Shown: positions 55,428 to 64,000 of the stretch, piece after piece | Numbering within the stretch: the first letter of the stretch is position 1 | Layout of the letters: every line of letters begins with the position of its first letter | Assembly: GCA_045541915.1 (NCBI GenBank) | Contig: JAZQJZ010000037.1 | Coordinates: 52,735-116,734 of the forward strand | From: Eubacteriales bacterium | GTDB lineage: Bacteria > Bacillota > Clostridia > Oscillospirales > SIG627 | Direction of reading: 5' to 3' | DNA: 64,000 bases | The notes under the pieces: generated by a model | What the model was told of the DNA's origin: nothing | Databases searched by the model: none | The model's input: only the letters and a program-made list of their open reading frames with translations | Program-made: the position numbers and the translations under genes

Positions 55428-56396
55428 ATGAAGGATTATATTTTGAATGACTATGATCTGGAAGCGGCAAAGCAATTGGATGATTTTTTGCCTTCCCAAA
55501 TGTTCGATGCTCATATGCATATCACCCACGAAAAAGATTTTCCCGGTGGCGAGGATTCCTTTGATACCTATCTTCGGGATCTATCACCCTTTTCGGGAGA
55601 CCGTAAGCTTTTTTGCAACGGAATCGTCTATCCTACCAAAAACCTTTCGGATCCTGATCAATTGCGCTTGTCCGATTCCTTTTTAGCATCTCAACTTCAA
55701 AGGTATCCTCACAATGTAGGGGAAATTCAGATTCTGCCTTGCGAGTCGGTGGAGGACATTGAAAAAAGATTGATCCATCCCCGGATCCGAGGCTTAAAGT
55801 GTTACCACATTTTCTCCCATCGCTCCGATACCTTTTCTTCCTCCATAGGGGAGTATTTGCCGGAGTCTGCCTGGCAGGTGGCAAATGAAAAAGGACTTGT
55901 CATTACCTTGCATATGGTCAAAGACCGGGCTCTTGCCGATCCGGACAATTTAAGTTATATCAAGAAGATGGCAAAGGCATATCCCAATGCCACCCTCATT
56001 CTGGCTCACGCTGCCCGGAGCTTTGCCGCCTGGACGGTGTTTGGAACCGTGGATGAATTGGTGGGGCTGGAAAATGTCTGGTACGATTTTTCCGGCATTT
56101 GCGAATCTCCCTCCCTGCAATATATTATGAAAAAGGTGGGCACGGATCGCTGTATGTGGGGAACGGATTACCCGGTTTCGCGTCTTGCAGGAAAGGCGAT
56201 TTCCATTGCAGATCAGTTCTATTGGATCGGAGAGAGGGATCTTACGAATTTTCAATCCAAAACCGCGTTTCGCTGCTGGCACGTGATCACCGAGGAACTG
56301 TATGCGTTTCGTCAGGCTTGCATCTTGGCAGAACTGGATCGAAAAAAGATCGAGGATGTGTTTTACAACAATGCTGCAAGGCTCTTCTATCAATAA
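55428..56396 (+). CDS. Amidohydrolase family protein
   Basis: FDAHMH, GLKCYH, TLH, LAHAAR and WGTDYP motifs. Confidence 0.85.
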   Translation: MKDYILNDYDLEAAKQLDDFLPSQMFDAHMHITHEKDFPGGEDSFDTYLRDLSPFSGDRKLFCNGIVYPTKNLSDPDQLRLSDSFLASQLQRYPHNVGEIQILPCESVEDIEKRLIHPRIRGLKCYHIFSHRSDTFSSSIGEYLPESAWQVANEKGLVITLHMVKDRALADPDNLSYIKKMAKAYPNATLILAHAARSFAAWTVFGTVDELVGLENVWYDFSGICESPSLQYIMKKVGTDRCMWGTDYPVSRLAGKAISIADQFYWIGERDLTNFQSKTAFRCWHVITEELYAFRQACILAELDRKKIEDVFYNNAARLFYQ

Positions 56397-56422
56397 AAAA
56401 CGGTGCGAGAGCACCGTTTTTT
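56395..56422. terminator. Bidirectional terminator
   Basis: AAAAAACGGTGC-gaga-GCACCGTTTTTT. Confidence 0.85.
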
Positions 56423-56436
56423 ATTGATAGCGGTTG

Positions 56437-57645
56437 TTATTGCTTTTCCTTTAGCATATTGGAAAATGCTTCGGCCGCATATCGGGCTGCCTGCTCGGCT
56501 TCCTCCAAAGTGTTGGCCGCCGTTCCCACCTCAAGCAGAAGGCAACCGGGTAAAAATTCCTGGTTGAAACGGGCGGTCCGAAGATAAAGGGCTCTGGAAA
56601 GAGAGGGGTAAAGGGTGTCGAGACTGTCCTTATAGGCGGTGGCAACAGTCAGATTTTGTCGCCAGTTGGGGTGCCTTCCGTTTTGATTGCTTCCTACCAC
56701 CAGCATCACCTGTGCACTGGGAGTGCCTTGAATTTCGGTGTAGCTTTTTACATAGGAATCCCCTCTTGTGACGCTGTCCCGATGCAGATCGATCACATAT
56801 TCAATGGAGGGGTACTGGGCAAGTAAGGCCCGTACGGTTTCGGCGGCATTGGTATAGGCTTGGTTGAAATCGTCCTTGTCGTGCATTACCGTGCAGTGTA
56901 GGGTGGGAATGCCCAGCGAAGTGAGCGTTTCGGAAAACACCTTTCCTACCTTCACTACGCTTCTTTCGGCATTCTCGGTTCGAAAGGAGACTGACGATTC
57001 CACAAAATAGGTTTCCACACCTTCCGGTGCAAAATCCGAAAGATTGGTGTTGTCCTCCAAATAGCATTCTGTTGCGTGGGTGTGAAGCACCAGAACCAAC
57101 GGCTTTTCTCCTGCAGGGGAGGCAGAGCAGGGGAAGGCGGCCTTTCTTGCATCTTCAATATCAGGATCGTACGAGGTGGTATTGATGCAGAAGGTATTGG
57201 AGGAAAGATCGGCGCGAACCACCGGAACTGCCCCTTGGGGCAATTCCCCGTAAAGGGTTTTTCCGGATTCCTCCGGCGCATCCTCCGGCTGCGGATCAGG
57301 GTTGGATTCCGGTTTTGGCAAAATCAAGGGTGAAAAATACTGAGCAGTGCCAATTGTCATCGGAATTCCCGCAGCCAAAGGCAAGGTCAATTCCGATGAG
57401 AGAAAATAAAAGCCTATCTGGGTTTTGTTTTGTGATTCTTCCAAACTGCCACCCAAGGCCGTCATAACCGTCTTTTCTCCCATGGAATGGAACATTTCTT
57501 CGGCTTTTCCCGCCCCCACGGAGCGAACAAGAAAAAGCATGCCCACCACAGCGCCGCATAGAATCGGCAGAAGGGCATACATGGCAAAATAGGCGACAAA
57601 CTTTTGACAGAATTGTTTGATTTTTTGTTTTTGATTCTCTTTCAT
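56437..57645 (-). CDS. spoIIP: Stage II sporulation protein P
   Basis: N-terminal TM, LHTHATECY, IDLHRDS, RFNQ and LLEVG motifs; downstream of gpr. Confidence 0.92.
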   Translation of the reverse strand: MKENQKQKIKQFCQKFVAYFAMYALLPILCGAVVGMLFLVRSVGAGKAEEMFHSMGEKTVMTALGGSLEESQNKTQIGFYFLSSELTLPLAAGIPMTIGTAQYFSPLILPKPESNPDPQPEDAPEESGKTLYGELPQGAVPVVRADLSSNTFCINTTSYDPDIEDARKAAFPCSASPAGEKPLVLVLHTHATECYLEDNTNLSDFAPEGVETYFVESSVSFRTENAERSVVKVGKVFSETLTSLGIPTLHCTVMHDKDDFNQAYTNAAETVRALLAQYPSIEYVIDLHRDSVTRGDSYVKSYTEIQGTPSAQVMLVVGSNQNGRHPNWRQNLTVATAYKDSLDTLYPSLSRALYLRTARFNQEFLPGCLLLEVGTAANTLEEAEQAARYAAEAFSNMLKEKQ

Positions 57646-57647
57646 TT

Positions 57648-58568
57648 TTACCCCACAAGCGAGAGCATATCCTCATAGGAAAGGTCACGGTTTAGGGCAA
57701 GCGTGATGCCGTATCCGATAAAGCTTCCCATTACCCGGATGATCTGATCTGTTTCTTTCGGCGTGACAAAAAAATTCAGATCGCTTTTGCTCCATTCTTT
57801 TCGTACGTTTTCTGCATCCTCCCGTTTCCCGGAAAAACGCCGGATGGCGTCGGCGGCCAGTGTGGCGGCATCCACCACCGTGGGAACTCCGACGGCAATC
57901 ACCGGGACCCCCAATTCCTCCTGAGTCAGTGCCGGTCGTTGATTTCCCACACCGGATCCGGGACGGATCCCTGTGTCACAAAGCTGAATGGTGGTCACCA
58001 AGCGTCCCGGATCCCGGGAGGCCAAGGCATCGATGGCAATGACCAGCTCCGGCTCAATGCTTTTGACTACGCTTCGGATCACGTCAGCGCTTTCGATCCC
58101 CGTTTGTCCCAAAACTCCAGGGGTGATGGCACATACATCAGAAAGGCCCAGATCCTCAAAGATCAAAGGGCGCTCCTTTCGAATGTGACGGGTGACTACC
58201 AGATGCTTTACAGCCACAGGACCGATGGCATCGGCGGTGATATTCTGATTGCCAAGTCCTGCCACCAAAACCGATCCGGCCACTTTTGTTTTTTGCTTTA
58301 AAAGCTGGGTGAAAAGCTCTGCAAAATGCAAAACCTTTTCTCGAAAGATTTCCCGATCGTCCAGCCAGATCTTTCCTGTATTTAGGGTCAGATATGTGCC
58401 GCATGGCTTTCCGGAGAGTTCTTCCCCCTTTTGATTCAGGATCCGCACCTGCTCTATGGGCATACTGCCGCAAAAGGATTCTTTACACTCTATGCCGTCC
58501 GGCTTTGGAGTATGCTCAAAAATACTGTTGCAAATTTCAATGGCAAGATCGCTTCTTACAGGTCTCAT
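57648..58568 (-). CDS. gpr: GPR germination endopeptidase
   Basis: RSDLA.E, GLGN..ITADAIGP, PGVLGQTG.E, IDALASR, GVPTVV and VTPKE.D motifs. Confidence 0.95.
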   Translation of the reverse strand: MRPVRSDLAIEICNSIFEHTPKPDGIECKESFCGSMPIEQVRILNQKGEELSGKPCGTYLTLNTGKIWLDDREIFREKVLHFAELFTQLLKQKTKVAGSVLVAGLGNQNITADAIGPVAVKHLVVTRHIRKERPLIFEDLGLSDVCAITPGVLGQTGIESADVIRSVVKSIEPELVIAIDALASRDPGRLVTTIQLCDTGIRPGSGVGNQRPALTQEELGVPVIAVGVPTVVDAATLAADAIRRFSGKREDAENVRKEWSKSDLNFFVTPKETDQIIRVMGSFIGYGITLALNRDLSYEDMLSLVG

Positions 58569-58708
58569 TTTTCCTTTTTCCTTTTCCTAAAAATTCATTT
58601 CATGGATATTCTTGACAATTTTTCAAAAAAAATTTCCGAAAGGACTTGTTTTTTTTGAAAAATGGTGTTATGATTACTCTGTTAAGTATCGTCAAGGAGG
58701 TGAATCGT

Positions 58709-58972
58709 TTGCCGAATATCAAGTCCGCAAAGAAGCGTGTGTTGGTTTCCGAAAAGAAAGCTGAAATCAACAAGGCTTTTGTTACCACAGTGAAAACCAC
58801 TGCAAAGAAGTTTGATAAAGCTCTGGAAGAAGGAAACAAAGAAGCAATCCAGACCGCTTACAATGAAGCTGTCAAGAAGATTGATACCGCAGTTGCCAAG
58901 GGCTATGTTCATAAGAACACTGCAGCAAGAAGAAAGAGCCAGATGACCAAAAAGCTCAACTCTGCTGAATAA
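58709..58972 (+). CDS. rpsT: 30S ribosomal protein S20
   Basis: TTG start after AAGGAGG; PNIKSAKKR...HKNTAARRKS. Confidence 0.97.
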   Translation: MPNIKSAKKRVLVSEKKAEINKAFVTTVKTTAKKFDKALEEGNKEAIQTAYNEAVKKIDTAVAKGYVHKNTAARRKSQMTKKLNSAE

Positions 58973-58988
58973 GAACGAGAAATAAAAG

Positions 58989-59579
58989 CTACGAGATGTT
59001 CGTGGCTTTTTTTCTTTCTTGTTCCCAAAAAAGCATCAGACAAAAGATCAGAAGGGAAGCACCCTTTGAAGAGAAGAAGAGTGCAAGGCCAAAACAAGTA
59101 AGGATCACCAGAGTGGCCCTGCTTAAAGGAATCAAAATCCGTTCTGCCATTTCCGGGTTTCCGATCATAGAAATCAGGGAAAAGAGCGTCTGGTAGCCGT
59201 CCAGCCCACAAATGGGGAGCAGATTGATTAGGCACAAGAACACATTACAAAAAAAGAAATAGAACAAAGTCGGAGAGGGACGGTTCCGAATGAGAAAAAG
59301 AGCTCCGGTGGCGGAAAGCACATTCAAGAATGGTCCGGAAAGATAAATGAAAATTTCCTTTCGGTACGGAATCAAGACGGTGTCAAGCCCGATTCCGGCC
59401 CCGGCAGGGGAAAGAAAAAAGCGTTCCGTTTTGTAGCCCAAAGCATAAATCGTGCCCAAATGCCCCAGTTCGTGAAGGAGTGCGGAAAGAAAAAACAGAG
59501 CGGTCTCTTTCGGCGAAGCACTGCGGAAAAGCAGAAGGAATGGGATCAGATAAAGGAGAAACGAAAGATCTTTTTTCAC
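58989..59579 (-). CDS. M50 site-2 protease (SpoIVFB-like, short)
   Basis: HELGH, GPFLN and NLLPICGLDG motifs. Confidence 0.82.
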   Translation of the reverse strand: MKKDLSFLLYLIPFLLLFRSASPKETALFFLSALLHELGHLGTIYALGYKTERFFLSPAGAGIGLDTVLIPYRKEIFIYLSGPFLNVLSATGALFLIRNRPSPTLFYFFFCNVFLCLINLLPICGLDGYQTLFSLISMIGNPEMAERILIPLSRATLVILTCFGLALFFSSKGASLLIFCLMLFWEQERKKATNIS

Positions 59580-59782
59580 ACAAACACCTCGTTTTCCCAG
59601 GCTCCGAATACCTCTATCGCTTCTTTTTCATCCAGGTCAAAGACCTCTCGGGCACTTTCCCATTGAAACAGCTCCCGAAAAAAATCCAAAGAAAAATGGG
59701 GAAAAGAGGTGCTTTGTGCTGGCGCCAAAAAAAGAAGCAAAAGCAGGATTAAAATAAAAAAACGGCGCAATTTCTGTCCCAT
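59576..59782 (-). CDS. Small single-TM protein coupled to the M50 protease
   Basis: 68 aa with a hydrophobic N-terminus; stop overlaps the protease start (GTGA); AAAGGG RBS-like sequence upstream. Confidence 0.55.
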   Translation of the reverse strand: MGQKLRRFFILILLLLLFLAPAQSTSFPHFSLDFFRELFQWESAREVFDLDEKEAIEVFGAWENEVFV

Positions 59783-59834
59783 CCGATTGCCCTTTCATTT
59801 TTCGAAAAATGTGGTAAGATTCACAAAAAATATA

Positions 59835-59863
59835 TTGACACAAGCCGATTTTTATTCTATAAT
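59835..59863 (+). promoter_or_regulatory. Consensus sigma-A promoter
   Basis: TTGACA-N17-TATAAT. Confidence 0.8.
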
Positions 59864-59913
59864 TTTCCTCGATGGGGGGTTCTCCTCCAAAATTGAAAGT
59901 GAGGTATTTTATA

Positions 59914-60351
59914 ATGAAAAAAGTAAGCGCACTTTTGCTTGCAGTTCTGTTGATCCTTCCTATGGCTGTTGCTTGCAGCACCGGTCCCAAAGGCGATCCG
60001 GTTGAAGTTCCCAATGTTACGGTTGTTAGCTACAAGGGTGTAGAGACCGAGGTTGCCACCGGCGAAGTTGCTACCGAAGAGAATTCCGTTACCACGTTTT
60101 ACACCGGTTCTGTTACCGCTTACGTGGAAGAGGGGGCTCTTCTTACCGTAAAGGACGTTTTGGACGGTTATGCTCGCGATCTGGATTCCACTGCACACTA
60201 CGATGAAGACACCGGCTGCTACAACAGATTCCACGATATCTTGAACAGCGACGGTTGGTTCTGGAACGTTTACGTAAACGGCGCTGAGGCTCGTATGGAT
60301 CAGGAAGTCAAAGCTGCTACCGATAAGATCGAGATCAGATACGAGAAGTAA
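59914..60351 (+). CDS. Small lipoprotein with a DUF4430-like beta-grasp domain
   Basis: Lipobox AVAC, WNVYVNG...D.IEIRY C-terminus, strongly biased codons. Confidence 0.72.
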   Translation: MKKVSALLLAVLLILPMAVACSTGPKGDPVEVPNVTVVSYKGVETEVATGEVATEENSVTTFYTGSVTAYVEEGALLTVKDVLDGYARDLDSTAHYDEDTGCYNRFHDILNSDGWFWNVYVNGAEARMDQEVKAATDKIEIRYEK

Positions 60352-60408
60352 TGAAAACAAAAAAGAAAAAACGGGAGTGGATCCCGTTTTTTCTTGTATA
60401 GGTATCAT

Positions 60409-61356
60409 ATGAAAATTTCCATGCAAAAACTAAAAGGCCCCATTTTTCTTCTTTTGGCGGCGCTGGTCTGGGGCTCCAGCTTCGTCGCACAGGATCTGGC
60501 AAGTGACTCTGTGGGAGCGTTTACCTTCAATGGCTTCCGTATGACCCTGGGCGGACTATCGTTGCTTCCGGTGATTTTGATCAAAAACCGTGGAAAGCTG
60601 TTTCGCAGCGTAAATACCAAAAAGGATAAAAAATGGCTGTTCACCGGCGGTATCGTTTGCGGCTTTATCGTTTTTTTCGCCGCGTTCTTTCAGCAGCAAG
60701 GAATTCAGGAAGGAACCAGCGCCGGGAAAAGCGGATTTATTACGGCAATGTATGTGGTTATGGTTCCTCTTGTGGGGCTGTTTTTAAAAAAGAAGGTTCG
60801 GCCCTCTGTTTGGGGATGTGTTTTCCTTGCGGCCGTGGGGCTTTATCTTCTCTGTCTTGCAGATTTTTCTGACGGTGTTTCCGGCATTGTGGAAAATCTC
60901 ACCATGAGCCGCGGAGATCTTTTGACGCTTTGCTGTGCAGTTTGCTACACCTTTCATATTCTGGCCATTGACCATTTTGCACCCCATACCGATGGAGTCT
61001 TTTTGTCCAGCGTCCAGTTTTTGTTCGCCGGTGCACTGGGCCTTGTTGTTACTCTGATTTGGGAAAAGCCTTCATGGGAGAACATTTTCTGCGCAATGGG
61101 CGCCATTTTGTATGCGGCTCTGTTTTCCTGCGGAATCGGTTATACCTTTCAGATTCTGGGACAAACCTCAACTCCTCCGGCGCTGGCATCTTTGATTATG
61201 TGCCTGGAATCGGTATTTGCCGTGCTTTCCGACTTGATATTCTTGAATACGCCCATGACATCGGAAGAGATTTGCGGTTGTATTCTTATGTTTGTGGCCA
61301 TTTCCTTTGCTAATATTGTGGACTTTTTTCCAAAGAAGAAACCATCACAACAATAA
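60409..61356 (+). CDS. DMT/EamA family transporter
   Basis: WGSSFVAQ, GKSGFITAMYVVMVP and ASLIMCLESVFA motifs; about 10 TM segments. Confidence 0.9.
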   Translation: MKISMQKLKGPIFLLLAALVWGSSFVAQDLASDSVGAFTFNGFRMTLGGLSLLPVILIKNRGKLFRSVNTKKDKKWLFTGGIVCGFIVFFAAFFQQQGIQEGTSAGKSGFITAMYVVMVPLVGLFLKKKVRPSVWGCVFLAAVGLYLLCLADFSDGVSGIVENLTMSRGDLLTLCCAVCYTFHILAIDHFAPHTDGVFLSSVQFLFAGALGLVVTLIWEKPSWENIFCAMGAILYAALFSCGIGYTFQILGQTSTPPALASLIMCLESVFAVLSDLIFLNTPMTSEEICGCILMFVAISFANIVDFFPKKKPSQQ

Positions 61357-61385
61357 AAAAACTGCGGTTTTTACCGCAGTTTTTT
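61355..61385. terminator. Bidirectional terminator
   Basis: AAAAAAACTGCGGT-tttt-ACCGCAGTTTTTT. Confidence 0.85.
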
Positions 61386-61398
61386 GTTTAGCAAAAGG

Positions 61399-61839
61399 CT
61401 ATTCGGCTGCAATGTCCACATCTCTTGGTTCCACGGGAGTGGAAAATACAATTTGTGTGATGGTTCTTCCAAATTGCTGAAGAGACCCCAAAAACACCTC
61501 CAGCTCCGCAGTGGTACGGAAGGCAACCTTTACCAGCTGGGAGTACTGTCCGGTTACACAAGAGCATTCCAAAACATTGGGACAATTTCTTACAAAGGGA
61601 TAAAAATCCGATTTTTGATCGGGTGTTACCTCCACACTAATGAAGGCGGTCACATCAAATCCCAATTTGGAACGGTCAATGGTCATATGATATCCCTTGA
61701 TCAGCCCCTCCTGGGTGAGTCGATCAATTCGCGCGGAAACGGCGGGAGAAGAGAGGAATACCTCCTTTGCAATCTCCTTGACTGAAATTCGCGCATTTTT
61801 TTGTAGCATTTGAATGATTCTCTCGTCAACTTTATCCAT
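61399..61839 (-). CDS. Lrp/AsnC family transcriptional regulator
   Basis: MD..D..I...LQ.NAR.S...IA..V.LS..AV..RI HTH and a RAM domain with VTG. Confidence 0.95.
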   Translation of the reverse strand: MDKVDERIIQMLQKNARISVKEIAKEVFLSSPAVSARIDRLTQEGLIKGYHMTIDRSKLGFDVTAFISVEVTPDQKSDFYPFVRNCPNVLECSCVTGQYSQLVKVAFRTTAELEVFLGSLQQFGRTITQIVFSTPVEPRDVDIAAE

Positions 61840-62000
61840 TTTTACTCCTTACAACCAAACGATTCCTAATTTTCTCAAAATTTCCCCACGATTATAGCAC
61901 ACAAAATTAACAAAATCAAGTTTTTGTTCCATATAACTTTATTATGTTTGCATATCGATTTTTTATATAAGAAAGAAAAAACGAAGCGCCGAACGCTTCG

Positions 62001-62648
62001 TTATCTGGAAAAGAAACGGGAAAAGCGATCCCAAGGAAGAGATTCTTCCGGAAGGCAGGAAAAGGTGAGCTTTTCACCTGTTTCCGGGTGAGAAAATGAG
62101 ATTCGATGGGAAAACAACGCCAGTTGACCTTTTTCTCCTCCATATTTGCGATCGCCCAAAAGGGGCATTTTTCGGCTGGCGAACTGCACCCGGATCTGGT
62201 GGGTTCGACCGGTGATCGGTTGAACGGATACCAAGCATCCCTCCGGGGAACAGGCGAGGGTACGGTAATGCAAAATGGCTTTTTTTACGCCCCTTCTTTC
62301 CCGTTTCACCGGAAAGACCTTTCCCCTCTGACGGTCGAAAAACAAAAGGTCCTCTAAAATTCCCTCCGGAATTTCGGGCGCGTGGCATAAAACGGCAAAG
62401 TACTCCTTTTCCATATGACCGGATGCAATGTACTCCGAAAGGGTGGCTGCGGCTTTTTTGGTTCTGGCAAATACCATCACTCCGGAAGTTTCCCGGTCCA
62501 GGCGGTGAACCGGGAAGATCTGACCTCCCAGCTCCTTTTGCAACAGATCCGGCATATTGGGATTGTTTTTGTCGTCGCCCTGGGAAAGAATTCCAGCCGG
62601 CTTTTCTGCCACGGCAATGTGCTGATCAAAATACAGTATGTTCATCAT
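62001..62648 (-). CDS. RluA-family pseudouridine synthase
   Basis: KPAG, HRLDRETSG, TGRTHQIR and GDRKYG motifs. Confidence 0.93.
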   Translation of the reverse strand: MMNILYFDQHIAVAEKPAGILSQGDDKNNPNMPDLLQKELGGQIFPVHRLDRETSGVMVFARTKKAAATLSEYIASGHMEKEYFAVLCHAPEIPEGILEDLLFFDRQRGKVFPVKRERRGVKKAILHYRTLACSPEGCLVSVQPITGRTHQIRVQFASRKMPLLGDRKYGGEKGQLALFSHRISFSHPETGEKLTFSCLPEESLPWDRFSRFFSR

Positions 62649-63355
62649 TCGTAACCATTTCGATCCAAATGTCTTAAGGATCTTTCGTGATGCTTTTTTC
62701 TTCTCCGGCTGCGAACGCAATTTCGCCGGATGCATTTTTCCAATGATAAAATATTGGCTCTTGATAGGTAGGATGTTCCCGGTTTTGCAGTCATCACACC
62801 GCGCGCTTTTCGCGTTTTTCCGCCGCTTTTGATGTAAGGCCCCATCTCCTCCAAGCGCAGAATTCCATCTTCCAGCCTGGAAAAAAGCACCTTTTTTGAG
62901 GTAAAGACCACGATTCCCTTGACCGGGGTTTTTCGAAACAACCGGGATTTCTTCAGCACTCGTAAAAGAGCCTGCCGATGGACCTCGTTTTGCAGAAGGG
63001 GAGAGTGAAAGCGAATGACCTTTTCACCGTAGATCTGCACCCATTCTTTTTTGCCAATGTTGATCTTGCCGTTGTGGCTTTTGGTTTCAATGACAAAAAT
63101 TCCCCATTTGCAAAGGAGAATGTGGTCGATCTGAGTCACAGAGCGTTCGGTTTTTAAAAACACATTGTTCAGAAGCACCGCACCCGGAAATTGCTCCTTG
63201 ATGTAATCGGAAACCTCTTTTTCTGCCCGGTCTCCGAAATGACGCACCTTGCTTCTTTTCCATTCCTTCCGAATATGAAAAGCCAAAAGGATCAAAAGCG
63301 CTATGGCATCCACAGACAGAAAGATCAAGAGAATGAGTGTGGCCGAAGGGGTCAC
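62645..63355 (-). CDS. NERD-domain nuclease-like protein with an N-terminal TM
   Basis: G..AE, QIDHILL, FVIETK and SPLLQN motifs. Confidence 0.85.
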   Translation of the reverse strand: MTPSATLILLIFLSVDAIALLILLAFHIRKEWKRSKVRHFGDRAEKEVSDYIKEQFPGAVLLNNVFLKTERSVTQIDHILLCKWGIFVIETKSHNGKINIGKKEWVQIYGEKVIRFHSPLLQNEVHRQALLRVLKKSRLFRKTPVKGIVVFTSKKVLFSRLEDGILRLEEMGPYIKSGGKTRKARGVMTAKPGTSYLSRANILSLEKCIRRNCVRSRRRKKHHERSLRHLDRNGYE

Positions 63356-64000
63356 TTGGCGATCTCCGTCAAAACCAGATCGGTCAGATTGATGATGTCG
63401 CCTGCGCCCATAATGATCAAAAGCCCTTTTTCACCGCTTTCCTTCAGGTGCTGGGAAATGCTCTCAAAGGAACCTAAATATTCACCGTTTTGGCTCTCTT
63501 TGGCTAAATTTTCGGCAGTAATTCCCTCCAAAGGCTTTTCCCTTGCAGGATAAATATCCGCAAAGATTACCCGATCTGCCATGGCAAGAGAGGAAAGAAA
63601 ATCATCCCAGTATGCTCGGGTTCTGGTGAAGGTGTGAGATTGAAAGACCACCGTGATCTTTTCATATCCCAATTTTTTTGCGGAAGAGAGGGTGGCGCGT
63701 ATCTCGTCCGGGTGATGGGCGTAATCGTCAAACACTCTCATTTTTCCGCATTTTCCGCGGTATTCAAATCTCCGCTCCACTCCGCGGAAGGCCTCCAGGC
63801 CTTTTTTTACATATTCGGGAGAAACTCCGGAAAGATAGGCAGCCGAGGCAGCGGCCAGAGCGTTTTGTACATTGTGAACACCGGGAACGGAAAGGGTGCA
63901 AGAGGTGTAAAGACCTTCTTTTGTGAAGATATCAAAGGAGTAAAAGCCACTTTCCTCCCGAAGATGATCACACCAAAGATCCTTTTTCTCGTTTTGGGAA
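63352..64000 (-). CDS. murC: UDP-N-acetylmuramate--L-alanine ligase (5' end outside the window)
   Basis: PGVHNVQNALAA, FRGVERRF, DDYAHHPDEI, VFQSH, IYPARE and MGAGDI motifs. Confidence 0.93.
   Translation of the reverse strand, partial: SQNEKKDLWCDHLREESGFYSFDIFTKEGLYTSCTLSVPGVHNVQNALAAASAAYLSGVSPEYVKKGLEAFRGVERRFEYRGKCGKMRVFDDYAHHPDEIRATLSSAKKLGYEKITVVFQSHTFTRTRAYWDDFLSSLAMADRVIFADIYPAREKPLEGITAENLAKESQNGEYLGSFESISQHLKESGEKGLLIIMGAGDIINLTDLVLTEIAK

Overview
Chromosomal window from a spore-forming Bacillota (Clostridia-like; gpr-spoIIP divergent from rpsT, SpoIVFB-like protease). In order: the 5' part of a surface-polysaccharide operon that unusually also carries an HpcH aldolase, a LysA-like PLP decarboxylase and a class IV aminotransferase; trkAH; tRNA-Leu(CAA); mutY; a GH115-like hydrolase; an HssRS-like two-component system; a compact 4.4-kb phage-derived cassette beside tRNA-Ala(GGC) with no integrase, capsid or replication genes (divergent small regulator, three operator repeats, DnaA-box cluster, two holin-type genes, fibre protein, XkdX-like protein, intact amidase); a lysine-riboswitch dapA-lysC-lysA operon; glyA with a structured leader of unknown class; a 10-gene fumC-hdrBCA-mvhD/flx-soluble fumarate reductase operon; tandem esterase pairs; and housekeeping genes (tsaD, rimI, rpsT, murC partial). 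No CRISPR array, IS element or rRNA was seen. Best novelty candidates: the phage-derived fibre/lysis cassette, the amino-compound trio in the polysaccharide operon, and the Hdr-Flx-fumarate module. All family assignments come from motifs recognised by eye, not from database searches.
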